From NCBI GenBank assembly GCA_902782795.1, contig CACZOT010000018.1, forward strand, positions 1 through 35,544: a stretch of 35,544 bases of DNA, in the 5' to 3' direction. The notes under the pieces were generated by a model. The model saw nothing but the letters and a program-made list of their open reading frames with translations. It had not been told where the DNA came from and did not search any database. This document shows, piece after piece, positions 14,986 through 22,369 of the stretch (within the stretch, counting starts at the first letter, position 1; every line of letters starts with the position of its first letter). The DNA is from an uncultured Eubacteriales bacterium. GTDB taxonomy: Bacteria > Bacillota > Clostridia > Christensenellales > Aristaeellaceae. Both the position numbers and the translations under genes were made by a program.

Positions 14986-17100
14986 TTACGCGCGGCCGCG
15001 CACGGTCAGATCCCCGAAGGCGCAGTGGCCTTTTTCCACGCCGACGCCCACGGCGCCGCGCAGATAGGGATTCTCTCCATCCTCGAAGGAGAGGAGCTCC
15101 TCCCCCGCCTCGGACAGGACGCGCAGCCGCGCGCCGACGCACTCGAGGGTGAAAGCGTACCGCTGCCCGTATTCCCAGGGGAAGGCGCGCTCGGCGAGCA
15201 CGCGATATTTCGTCTCCACGTTCTTGACCAGCTGGAGCCGCCCGCCGCCGGTCAGGCGCACGGCGTAGCTGCGGCAGGCCCCCTGTACCCGCGCCATGAG
15301 CTGGCACGTCTCCCCGATCATGGGCCGCAGGGAGCCGGAAAGGGCGTAATCCCGCCAGGAGACGTCGCCGGTGTAGGCCTCGGCAAAATCCGCGCCGGAG
15401 CCGTGCAGCGCGCCGTCCTCCAGGTACCAGAGGCCCTTGAGGCGGGTGAACTGGGTGATCTCGCGGTGGCGGAAGCTCCACTGCACTTCGCGCTCCAGGC
15501 CGAACTGGACGCTGTAGGAGGGCGCGCCGGAGAAGTCCACGTCGTCGATGCGGGCGACGAGCCAATCCCTCGGCCCGGATGTATGCTCGAAGCGCACGCC
15601 CGCCAGCTCGATCCGGCCGCCCTCGATGGGCGGGATCTCCAGGCGCAGTCGCGTCCAGACGCCGGGCGTCAGGGCGACGCTCTCGCCGAGGATCTCCCGG
15701 CCGTGGTTCTTGTCGAGGGCGAAGACGCGCGCCGCGAACGCCCCGTCCGCCTCCGGGGCGAGGCAGACGCTGGCCTCGACCGTCTGCCCGGGGTAGAGCA
15801 CGGGCGAGAAGTCCGGGTCGTAGCGGCCGTCGGTGAAATCCTCCTTGCAGTAGCAGGTTTTGTAGTACACGTCCACCGTCTTCCCCGCCATCTCGGCGGC
15901 GCAGCGCAGGCAGCGGCCGCCTTCCTCGCGCGGGACGTTGCGCAGGTGGAACTTCTCCGTGCCCGCCACGCGGAAGGAATGGGTGGAGAAGGGCAGATCG
16001 AAGTGGAAGCGCGCGGCCCTCCCCTCGAGGATCTCCTTCCAGCGCGCGGGCGGGTCCTCTCCGTTCAGGCGGTAGGCGAGGCGCGCGATCTCGCAGGCGC
16101 AGGCAGGGGCGTCCATGATGTTCAGGCAGCCCATGACGCTCGAGCAGGCGAGGAAATCGTGCACGGGCCGGAGCCATTTCTCATAATCGATGCCCTCCAG
16201 GCCCACGAGCGTGCCCATGATGGCGCCGACGTTGCCGGTGGTGCAGTCCGTATCCCAGCCGCACATGTTGCAAATGCCGATGGTGCGGGTGAAATCCCCC
16301 TCGCCGTAGAGCATGGAGAGCACCATCACCGCGGAGTTGGGGATGATATGGCAGCTGCCGGGGTAGCGGTCGTAGCCATAGTTGGCGCGGACGAATTCGA
16401 AACAGTCGCGCCAGGAGGCGGGATGCTCGTCGTGGAAGGCGATCACGTCCCGCGCCATGCGCGCGTATTCGCACCCCTCCGGCAGGAGCGAAAGGCCCTT
16501 TTCCACCACGGCGCGGATATCCCTTTGGACGAACGCCTCGGCGATGCAGGCCGCGACGAACATGCCGCCGTGCACACCCTCGCCGTCGTGGGAGACGGCC
16601 GCCGCCTTGCGGGCGAAGCGCGCGGCGCGCTCGGGGTTCCCCGGGTTGACCAGGCCCCAGGTGTCGATGAAGATCTGCCCGCCGATCTGCTCCGCCACGG
16701 TCCGGCCGTTCTGGGCGATGGAACCGCTCTGCGGGGCGGGGATGCCCGCGCGCAGGTTCAGATAGGCCGTGTGCTCGGTGGAGACGCCGTAGCCGCCCCA
16801 CCAGTAAAAGCCGTGCTCGTAGGGGGTATAGTTGAGCCAGGTCTTGCCGATCTGCTCGCTGGTGAGATCCTCGGAGCAGGTATAATCCTCCAGGGCGCGC
16901 AGGAAGAACATCGGGCCGTTGGTGTCGTCATCTGCGGCGAAATCGCGGTAATCGACGATGTAATCGAAGACCTCCTCGCCCAGCACCGCGCGGATCTTGT
17001 CGTATTCCCAGCCCTCGATGGGCGCTCCGAGCCGCACGCCGACGATCTTGCCCAGCCAGCCCGCGTAGCACCTCTCCAGATACTCCTCAGGGATGCGCAT
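14986..17100 (-). CDS. ADP-ribosylglycohydrolase-family domain fused to two C-terminal beta-sandwich (CBM/LamG-DUF1080-like) domains
   Basis: Track ORF 14986..17133 trimmed to the ATG at 17100, 8 nt after AAGGAGG. The N-terminal ~330 aa carry the ARH/DraG family motifs: GVRLGAPIEGW (Glu29), AADDDTNGP (16921-16932) and GWDTDCTTGNVGAIMG. The C-terminal ~370 aa are rich in beta-strand-like sequence and end in WYLEDGALHG...LMARVQG...YAVRL...LQLVK...AVGVGVEKGHCAFGDLTV, which resembles concanavalin/LamG-type modules. Confidence 0.75.
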   Translation of the reverse strand: MRIPEEYLERCYAGWLGKIVGVRLGAPIEGWEYDKIRAVLGEEVFDYIVDYRDFAADDDTNGPMFFLRALEDYTCSEDLTSEQIGKTWLNYTPYEHGFYWWGGYGVSTEHTAYLNLRAGIPAPQSGSIAQNGRTVAEQIGGQIFIDTWGLVNPGNPERAARFARKAAAVSHDGEGVHGGMFVAACIAEAFVQRDIRAVVEKGLSLLPEGCEYARMARDVIAFHDEHPASWRDCFEFVRANYGYDRYPGSCHIIPNSAVMVLSMLYGEGDFTRTIGICNMCGWDTDCTTGNVGAIMGTLVGLEGIDYEKWLRPVHDFLACSSVMGCLNIMDAPACACEIARLAYRLNGEDPPARWKEILEGRAARFHFDLPFSTHSFRVAGTEKFHLRNVPREEGGRCLRCAAEMAGKTVDVYYKTCYCKEDFTDGRYDPDFSPVLYPGQTVEASVCLAPEADGAFAARVFALDKNHGREILGESVALTPGVWTRLRLEIPPIEGGRIELAGVRFEHTSGPRDWLVARIDDVDFSGAPSYSVQFGLEREVQWSFRHREITQFTRLKGLWYLEDGALHGSGADFAEAYTGDVSWRDYALSGSLRPMIGETCQLMARVQGACRSYAVRLTGGGRLQLVKNVETKYRVLAERAFPWEYGQRYAFTLECVGARLRVLSEAGEELLSFEDGENPYLRGAVGVGVEKGHCAFGDLTVRGRA

Positions 17101-18067
17101 GTTCCCGTCCTCCTTCGCGCAGGATCTCGCCATAGCGCCGGACCGGCGGCTCGCCCCAGAGGGCGCGGTAATCCGCCCCGAGGTAGCAGCCGAAGCTGGT
17201 GATATTCTCGAACCCCATCTCCCGGTAGGCGCGCACGTCCCCGCGCATCACATCTTCATCCAGTATAAGCTCTTTCGGCGGTTTTTTCCAGCCGGAAAAG
17301 CGGGAATTGTCCATCCAGTATTCCAGGACCTGGCTGCCCTCCCGCCCGAAAAACTCCAGCAGCGCCCCGATGGAGCGCGCCTGAGCGGCGTTCTTTTCGC
17401 TCTTCGGGTCAAACAGGGGCGCGTGGGAATCCCGGTCGAAAGGCGCGTACTCCAAAAACACGCCGCGCGCCGGGGCGATCTTCTCCGGCGCGGTGATGGT
17501 ATCCACATAAGCCAGGTACGCGAGGCTCGCCCCACTCTTGTAGCGGCGGATGCCCCGCAGCATGGCGTTCACGGCGAGGAGCTGCTGATCGCCGGCGGAG
17601 AGTTCCCGGCAGCGGGGGCAATGGCAGCGCAGATCCCGGCCGTCGTCCAGCCAGAAAAAATAGCGCTCCTGGCCCGTCTCCAGGAGGCGGGCCAGCTGCT
17701 CCGCCCGCGCGGCGAGATACTCCAGGGCGTCCTGGTTGCTCACGCAGAGGTTGAAATCCGCCCGGCGCGCGCCGGTCTCGTCCATGCGGAACCATTCCGG
17801 CTTGACGTCGAAGAGGCTCCTGGGCAGGAGCCAGGCCATGGCGTGGGCCTCGTACTCCACGGCGACGCCCCGCCGCCCCAGCGCCTCCCGCAGACGGACG
17901 TTCTCCGGCAGGAGATGGCGCCGCACAGCCTCCTCCAGGCTCCGGTCCGCCGCGGCGCCGCCCACGGGGTGCAGGCCGAGGGTGTCGATATGGGCCTCCT
18001 CCAGCCGTTCGATCCAGCTTTCGTCCAGCTCCTCCGGGTGGAAGAGGATGCCCCGCCTCTCGCGCAT
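17087..18067 (-). CDS. TIM-barrel glycosidase-like protein, DUF4838-like (assigned from memory of family motifs)
   Basis: 326-aa ORF with an AAGGAAGGAG RBS. It contains NLCVSNQDALEYL and the Cys motif CHCPRCRELS. It has no signal peptide. It lies in-operon between the permeases and the ARH fusion, and its stop overlaps the next gene's start by 14 nt. Confidence 0.5.
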   Translation of the reverse strand: MRERRGILFHPEELDESWIERLEEAHIDTLGLHPVGGAAADRSLEEAVRRHLLPENVRLREALGRRGVAVEYEAHAMAWLLPRSLFDVKPEWFRMDETGARRADFNLCVSNQDALEYLAARAEQLARLLETGQERYFFWLDDGRDLRCHCPRCRELSAGDQQLLAVNAMLRGIRRYKSGASLAYLAYVDTITAPEKIAPARGVFLEYAPFDRDSHAPLFDPKSEKNAAQARSIGALLEFFGREGSQVLEYWMDNSRFSGWKKPPKELILDEDVMRGDVRAYREMGFENITSFGCYLGADYRALWGEPPVRRYGEILREGGREHAHP

Positions 18068-18082
18068 GGTCTCCTTCCTTTC

Positions 18083-18967
18083 TCAGCCCTTGAGCGCACC
18101 GATCATGATGCCCTTGGTGAAGTATTTCTGCACGAAGGGGTACACCAGCAGGATCGGCACGATGGCGATGACCGTATTGGCCAGCTTGATGTTCTCCGAA
18201 AAGACGGTGGCGTTTCCGCTGGTGCCGATGGCGTTGTTGCTCTCGCTGCCGACGTTGGAGATCATCAGGTAGAGGTAATCCTGCAGGGTCTTGAGGTCGT
18301 AATTGGTGACGTAATAGACGCTCGTCTCGTAGGTGTTCCAGTAGCCGACGGCGGTGAACAGCCCCACCGTGGCCAGGGCCGGGACGTTCAGGGGCAGGAC
18401 GATGCGGAAATAAATGCCGTACTCGCCCGCGCCGTCGATGCGCGCGGCCTCCTCCATCTCGTGGGGGAAGCTGGCGTAATTGGTGCGCAGGATGATCATA
18501 TAGTAGGTGTTCACCAGGGCCGGGAGCACGTAGACCCAGATGTTGTTCAGGAGCTTGAGATCCCGGTAGAGCAGATACCGCGGTATCATGCCCGCGTCGA
18601 TGAACATCGTCAGCACCACGACCGAGGTGATCACCGCGGAGCCCGGGTATTTCTTCGACATGCCGTAGGCCATGAAGCTGGTGCAGAAGAGGGTGAACAC
18701 CGTGCCCATGCAGGTGATGATCACGGTGGTGATCATGGGGTGGATGATCTTGCCCTGCTTGAGCACGAAGGCGTAGGAGGAGAAGGTGATCTCGCTCGGC
18801 CAGAGGAGCACGGTCTTTTGCATATACTCCGTGTAGGAGATGAGCGAGCCGACGGTGCAATGCCAGAAGGGGTAGACCGTGATTACCATCAGGAGGCAGA
18901 AAAAGACCATCAGAAGGATATCGAAGGCCGTCAGCCGCCTGCGGAAGTGGTTGTTCGTCTTTGCCAT
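18083..18967 (-). CDS. carbohydrate ABC transporter permease (LplC-like)
   Basis: The EAA loop is EEAARIDGAGEYGIYFRIVLPL. The C-terminus FVQKYFTKGIMIGALKG parallels that of the 13156..14052 product. Confidence 0.9.
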   Translation of the reverse strand: MAKTNNHFRRRLTAFDILLMVFFCLLMVITVYPFWHCTVGSLISYTEYMQKTVLLWPSEITFSSYAFVLKQGKIIHPMITTVIITCMGTVFTLFCTSFMAYGMSKKYPGSAVITSVVVLTMFIDAGMIPRYLLYRDLKLLNNIWVYVLPALVNTYYMIILRTNYASFPHEMEEAARIDGAGEYGIYFRIVLPLNVPALATVGLFTAVGYWNTYETSVYYVTNYDLKTLQDYLYLMISNVGSESNNAIGTSGNATVFSENIKLANTVIAIVPILLVYPFVQKYFTKGIMIGALKG

Positions 18968-18981
18968 CGCGCCGCGCCCCC

Positions 18982-19914
18982 TTAGAACAGGCCGCGCTCG
19001 CCGATGCGTTTGGCGAAGCGGTCCGTGCTGAACAAGAGTATGGCCGCCACCACGGCGTTGAAGATGCCCGCGGCGGAGGCGTAGCTGAAGCGGTTATTGG
19101 AGATGCCCATGCGGTAGACGAAGGTATCGAGCGTATCGCCCACGCTCATGACCTGGCTGTTCATCAGGGAATAGACCTGGCTGAACCCGCCGGACATCAT
19201 GGAGCCCACTCGCAGGATCAGCATCACCACGATGGTCTCCTTGATCCCCGCCAGCGAGATGTGCCACATGCGCTGGAAGCGGTTCGCGCCGTCGATCTCC
19301 GCGGCCTCGTAGAGCTGCGGGTCGATGGAGAGCAGCGCCGCCAGGTAGATAATGGCGCCGTAGCCCGTTTCCTTCCAGAGATCGCTGAGCACCAGGATGG
19401 AGCGGAAGAGCGATTTCTGCGCCAGGAACGTGTAGGGCTTGAGGCCCATGAGGGCGCGGATCTGGTTGAACATGCCGCCGTAGACGCTGGTGAAGTTGAG
19501 CAGGATGCTCGAAATGATGACCCAGGAGACGAAGTGCGGCAGGTAGAGGATCGTCTGGGTCACGCGCTTGAAGGCGCTGAATTTCAGCTCGTTGAGCAGC
19601 AGCGCCATGAGGATCGGCGCCGGGAAGCAGAAGATCAGCTTATAAAAGTTGATGGCCAGGGTATTCACCAGAGCCGTGCGGAAGCCCACGGAGGTGAACA
19701 GCTCCTGGAAATACTTAAAGCCCGCCCAGGCGCACTTTTGCAGGGGCCTGGTCACGCGGAAATCCCGGAAGGCGATCTGCATGAAATACAGCGGATAGAT
19801 CCGGAAGATAAAATAGAAGATGACGCCGGGGATGACGAAGGAATAGATGCAGCGGTTTCTCCAAATTTCCCGCCACAGCCGCTTCGCAGGCCCTCTTTTG
19901 GCAACGCTCGTCAC
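18982..19914 (-). CDS. carbohydrate ABC transporter permease (LplB-like)
   Basis: Track ORF 18982..19971 trimmed to the GTG at 19912-19914, 7 nt after GGAGG. The longer form would run into the hairpin at 19955-19988. FRIYPLYFMQIAFRDF and YEAAEIDGANRFQRMWHISL parallel the 12202..13140 product. Confidence 0.85.
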   Translation of the reverse strand: MTSVAKRGPAKRLWREIWRNRCIYSFVIPGVIFYFIFRIYPLYFMQIAFRDFRVTRPLQKCAWAGFKYFQELFTSVGFRTALVNTLAINFYKLIFCFPAPILMALLLNELKFSAFKRVTQTILYLPHFVSWVIISSILLNFTSVYGGMFNQIRALMGLKPYTFLAQKSLFRSILVLSDLWKETGYGAIIYLAALLSIDPQLYEAAEIDGANRFQRMWHISLAGIKETIVVMLILRVGSMMSGGFSQVYSLMNSQVMSVGDTLDTFVYRMGISNNRFSYASAAGIFNAVVAAILLFSTDRFAKRIGERGLF

Positions 19915-19950
19915 GCTATCGCCTCCAGGTGTTTTTTCTTCTTGGGGAAG

Positions 19951-19992
19951 GAAAAGGGCGCAGAGCGCCAAACGCCGCCCTGCGCCCTTTTT
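19951..19992 (-). terminator. stem-loop between the binding-protein and permease genes (partial terminator or stabiliser)
   Basis: AGGGCGCAG (19955-19963) pairs with CTGCGCCCT (19980-19988). It is flanked by an A-run and a T-run. On the minus strand the hairpin is followed by TTTTCC. Confidence 0.45.
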
Positions 19993-20010
19993 CGTTCAGG
20001 AACCGTCAGA

Positions 20011-21501
20011 TCAGAAGGTCGCGGAATCCGGGGTGGTGCCCTTGGACTCGTAGTACTCCTTCACGATGCCGCGGAGCTCGTCGATGCCCGCGTCCTTGAG
20101 GGCCTTCTGGAAGTTGCCCCACTCGGCGTCCACGTCCATCTCGCCGGTAATCATCGGCACGAGGTACTGCGTGCGCAGCTCGTTGATGGAAGCTGAGATG
20201 ACGTCGGCGCGCTCGTTGGAGAAGTAGCCCAGGGTATCGGCGCGGACGTTATCCGGGTTGGTGGAGTAGTTGACCCACTCGATCATGGTCGGGTTGGTGA
20301 TGAGGCGGTCGTTGGTGCCGAAGTCGGCGACCTCGCCCAGCAGGTGCTGGCACTGGCCCCACTCCGTGTTCAGGGTCTCCTCGCGCTGGACCTTGACGCC
20401 GTCCACCACGTCGTGGTGCTGGCCTTCAAAGCCGTACAGGGTGAGATCGCGCCCCTCGTCGCTGAGCAGGTAATCGAAGATGGCGAGGATGCGGGCGGCC
20501 TTGGCTTCGTCCAGATCGGCGCTGAAGGCGGAATCCGCGGAGAAGCCGAAGTAGGAGTTCATGTAGGAACCGGCCGGGCCGGCGGGCAGGGGCATCATAA
20601 GGCCGAGCTTGGCGTCGGACTTATAAGAAGTCAGGGTCTGGCTCATGTTGGAGTACCAGGTGGAGTTGACGTTCATCATCAGAGCGCCGACCTTGCCGGT
20701 GCAGAACTTCTCCATGGCCTCGGTGTAGCTGGAGATCATGATCTCCGGGTCGAGCGTGCCGTCCTCGGCGAAGAGGTCGCGCCAGTACTCGATCATGGCC
20801 TTGTAGTTGTCGTCCTCATACTTGTAGATATAATCGCCGGTGGAGGTGATGCCCCAGTTGCGGTAGCCGGTGAAGCTGGACTGGGCGATCTCCAGGCCGC
20901 TGACGTTGCCATAAGCGGTGAAGCCGGTGGAATCGATGCCGTCCAGGTCGGCCTCAGCGAAGGCGCGGCACATCTCGGCGAACTCGTCCCAGGTCTTGGG
21001 GGTCTCGAGGTTCAACTTCTCCTGCCAGTCCAGGCGGTAGAAGATGCCCCTGTTCAGGCAGCCCAGGGTATCCGGGATGCGGTAGAACACGCCGTCGTTG
21101 GCCAGGAAGGCCGCCTTGCTGTTGACGTTGAGCTGCGCGGCGATGTTCTCGAAGTTGTACTTCTCGACCATCTCGGAGACGTTGAGCAGCGCGCCGTCCT
21201 CGACCAGCTGGTTGAAGACGCCCTGGTCCGTCACGCGGAACCAATCCGGGATGTCGGCGCCGGCGATGCGCATGTTGAGCGTATCGTCATAGTTGGCCTC
21301 GGAGGTGATGGTCAGCTTCAGGTTGACGTTGAACTTGTCGTTGATGAACTGGACGATGGGGTCCTTCTCATCGACTTCCATGACGAAGTAGGCCATGAGC
21401 TCGATATCCATGGGCTCGGTCATATCGACTTCAGCGGCCATGGCCATGGGAGCGGCGGCCATCAGGAGCAGCGCCAGGAGCAGAGAAACGATCTTCTTCA
21501 T
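20011..21501 (-). CDS. extracellular solute-binding protein of a carbohydrate ABC importer (LplA-like)
   Basis: Track ORF 20011..21561 trimmed to the ATG at 21499-21501, after GGAAAGGAAGGA. The signal peptide is MKKIVSLLLALLLMAAAPMAMAAEV. The protein is 496 aa and is followed by two permease genes. Confidence 0.85.
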   Translation of the reverse strand: MKKIVSLLLALLLMAAAPMAMAAEVDMTEPMDIELMAYFVMEVDEKDPIVQFINDKFNVNLKLTITSEANYDDTLNMRIAGADIPDWFRVTDQGVFNQLVEDGALLNVSEMVEKYNFENIAAQLNVNSKAAFLANDGVFYRIPDTLGCLNRGIFYRLDWQEKLNLETPKTWDEFAEMCRAFAEADLDGIDSTGFTAYGNVSGLEIAQSSFTGYRNWGITSTGDYIYKYEDDNYKAMIEYWRDLFAEDGTLDPEIMISSYTEAMEKFCTGKVGALMMNVNSTWYSNMSQTLTSYKSDAKLGLMMPLPAGPAGSYMNSYFGFSADSAFSADLDEAKAARILAIFDYLLSDEGRDLTLYGFEGQHHDVVDGVKVQREETLNTEWGQCQHLLGEVADFGTNDRLITNPTMIEWVNYSTNPDNVRADTLGYFSNERADVISASINELRTQYLVPMITGEMDVDAEWGNFQKALKDAGIDELRGIVKEYYESKGTTPDSATF

Positions 21502-21568
21502 CGATTGTCCTTCCTTTCCGATGATCGTGTTGCCCGGACCCTGAAGGGGGCCCTTATCCAACGAGCAT

Positions 21569-21597
21569 ATTTTAACCGTTTCTCAATGTTATGCATA
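21569..21597 (-). promoter_or_regulatory. candidate activator-dependent promoter of the binding-protein/permease/DUF4838/ARH genes
   Basis: On the minus strand a TAAAAT lies at 21569-21574. The hexamer 17 nt upstream is a weak -35 (TATGCA, 21592-21597). A weak -35 is expected for a promoter that needs an AraC-type activator. Confidence 0.4.
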
Positions 21598-21603
21598 TGT
21601 GAA

Positions 21604-21638
21604 GAAATTGACATTTACCCGCGGGAAAATTGACTTTT
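21604..21638 (-). promoter_or_regulatory. 13-bp direct repeat, candidate binding site of the AraC-type response regulator
   Basis: Plus-strand GAAATTGACATTT (21604-21616) and AAAATTGACTTTT (21626-21638), with a centre-to-centre spacing of 22 bp. They lie immediately upstream of the weak -35 and directly after the regulator's stop codon. Confidence 0.4.
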
Positions 21639-21640
21639 CC

Positions 21641-22369
21641 CTATTCCTTCTTCTCCCGTCGCAGATCCGAAGGGAGCATGCCGTACTTCTCCGCGAACAG
21701 TTCGGAGAAGTAGCGGGCGTTGGCATAGCCGACCTTTTCCGCCACCTCGCCCACGCGCATGTCCGTGGTGCGCAGAAGGCGGCGGGCGGCCTCGAGGCGG
21801 TAATCCCGCAGGTAGCTGGCAAAGCCCTTGCCCGCCTTCTTTTTGAACTGGCGGCAGAAGTAGGAGGTGCTCTTGTAGAGATGCCGCGCCACGCCGTCCA
21901 TGGTGATATTCTCGGCGAAGTGCTCGTGGATATAGCGCAGGGCCTCGTCCATGTCCCCCTCCGCCTCGCCCTCGGGGGCCTCGGCGCGCGTTTCGTCCAG
22001 GTGCTGCCTCAGGCGCAGCATGGCGGGCTCGAGCGCCGAGCCGATATCGATCTTGAGCACGTAATCGAAGGCGTGCAGGGCCAGGGCGCGTTGGGCGTAG
22101 CTGAAACGGGCGTAACCGGTCAGCACCACGCACTCCATCTCCGGGTGGCGCACGCTGGCCTGTTCGATGAGATCCAGCCCGCTCTCGCCCGGCATCTTGA
22201 TATCCGTGAGGAGCACGTCTGGCCGGTGCTCGTCGATGAGGCGCAGGGCCTCCGCGGCGTCCGCCGCCAGGCCGCACACCTCAAAGCCCATCCCTTCCCA
22301 ATCGAACCCCTTGGCGAGGCCGCGGCGGATGGTCTCCTCGTCCTCGGCGATGATGAGCTTATAGGCCAT
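21641..22369 (-). CDS. two-component response regulator, REC + AraC-type HTH (YesN-like, short form)
   Basis: MAYKLIIAEDEETIRRGL...PDVLLTDIKMPGESGLDLI is a receiver domain with its acceptor Asp. The C-terminus ALRYIHEHFAENITMDGVARHL...YRLEAARRLLRTTDMRVGEVAEKVGYANARYFSELF is an AraC HTH. Its start overlaps the kinase stop by 11 nt. Confidence 0.9.
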   Translation of the reverse strand: MAYKLIIAEDEETIRRGLAKGFDWEGMGFEVCGLAADAAEALRLIDEHRPDVLLTDIKMPGESGLDLIEQASVRHPEMECVVLTGYARFSYAQRALALHAFDYVLKIDIGSALEPAMLRLRQHLDETRAEAPEGEAEGDMDEALRYIHEHFAENITMDGVARHLYKSTSYFCRQFKKKAGKGFASYLRDYRLEAARRLLRTTDMRVGEVAEKVGYANARYFSELFAEKYGMLPSDLRREKKE

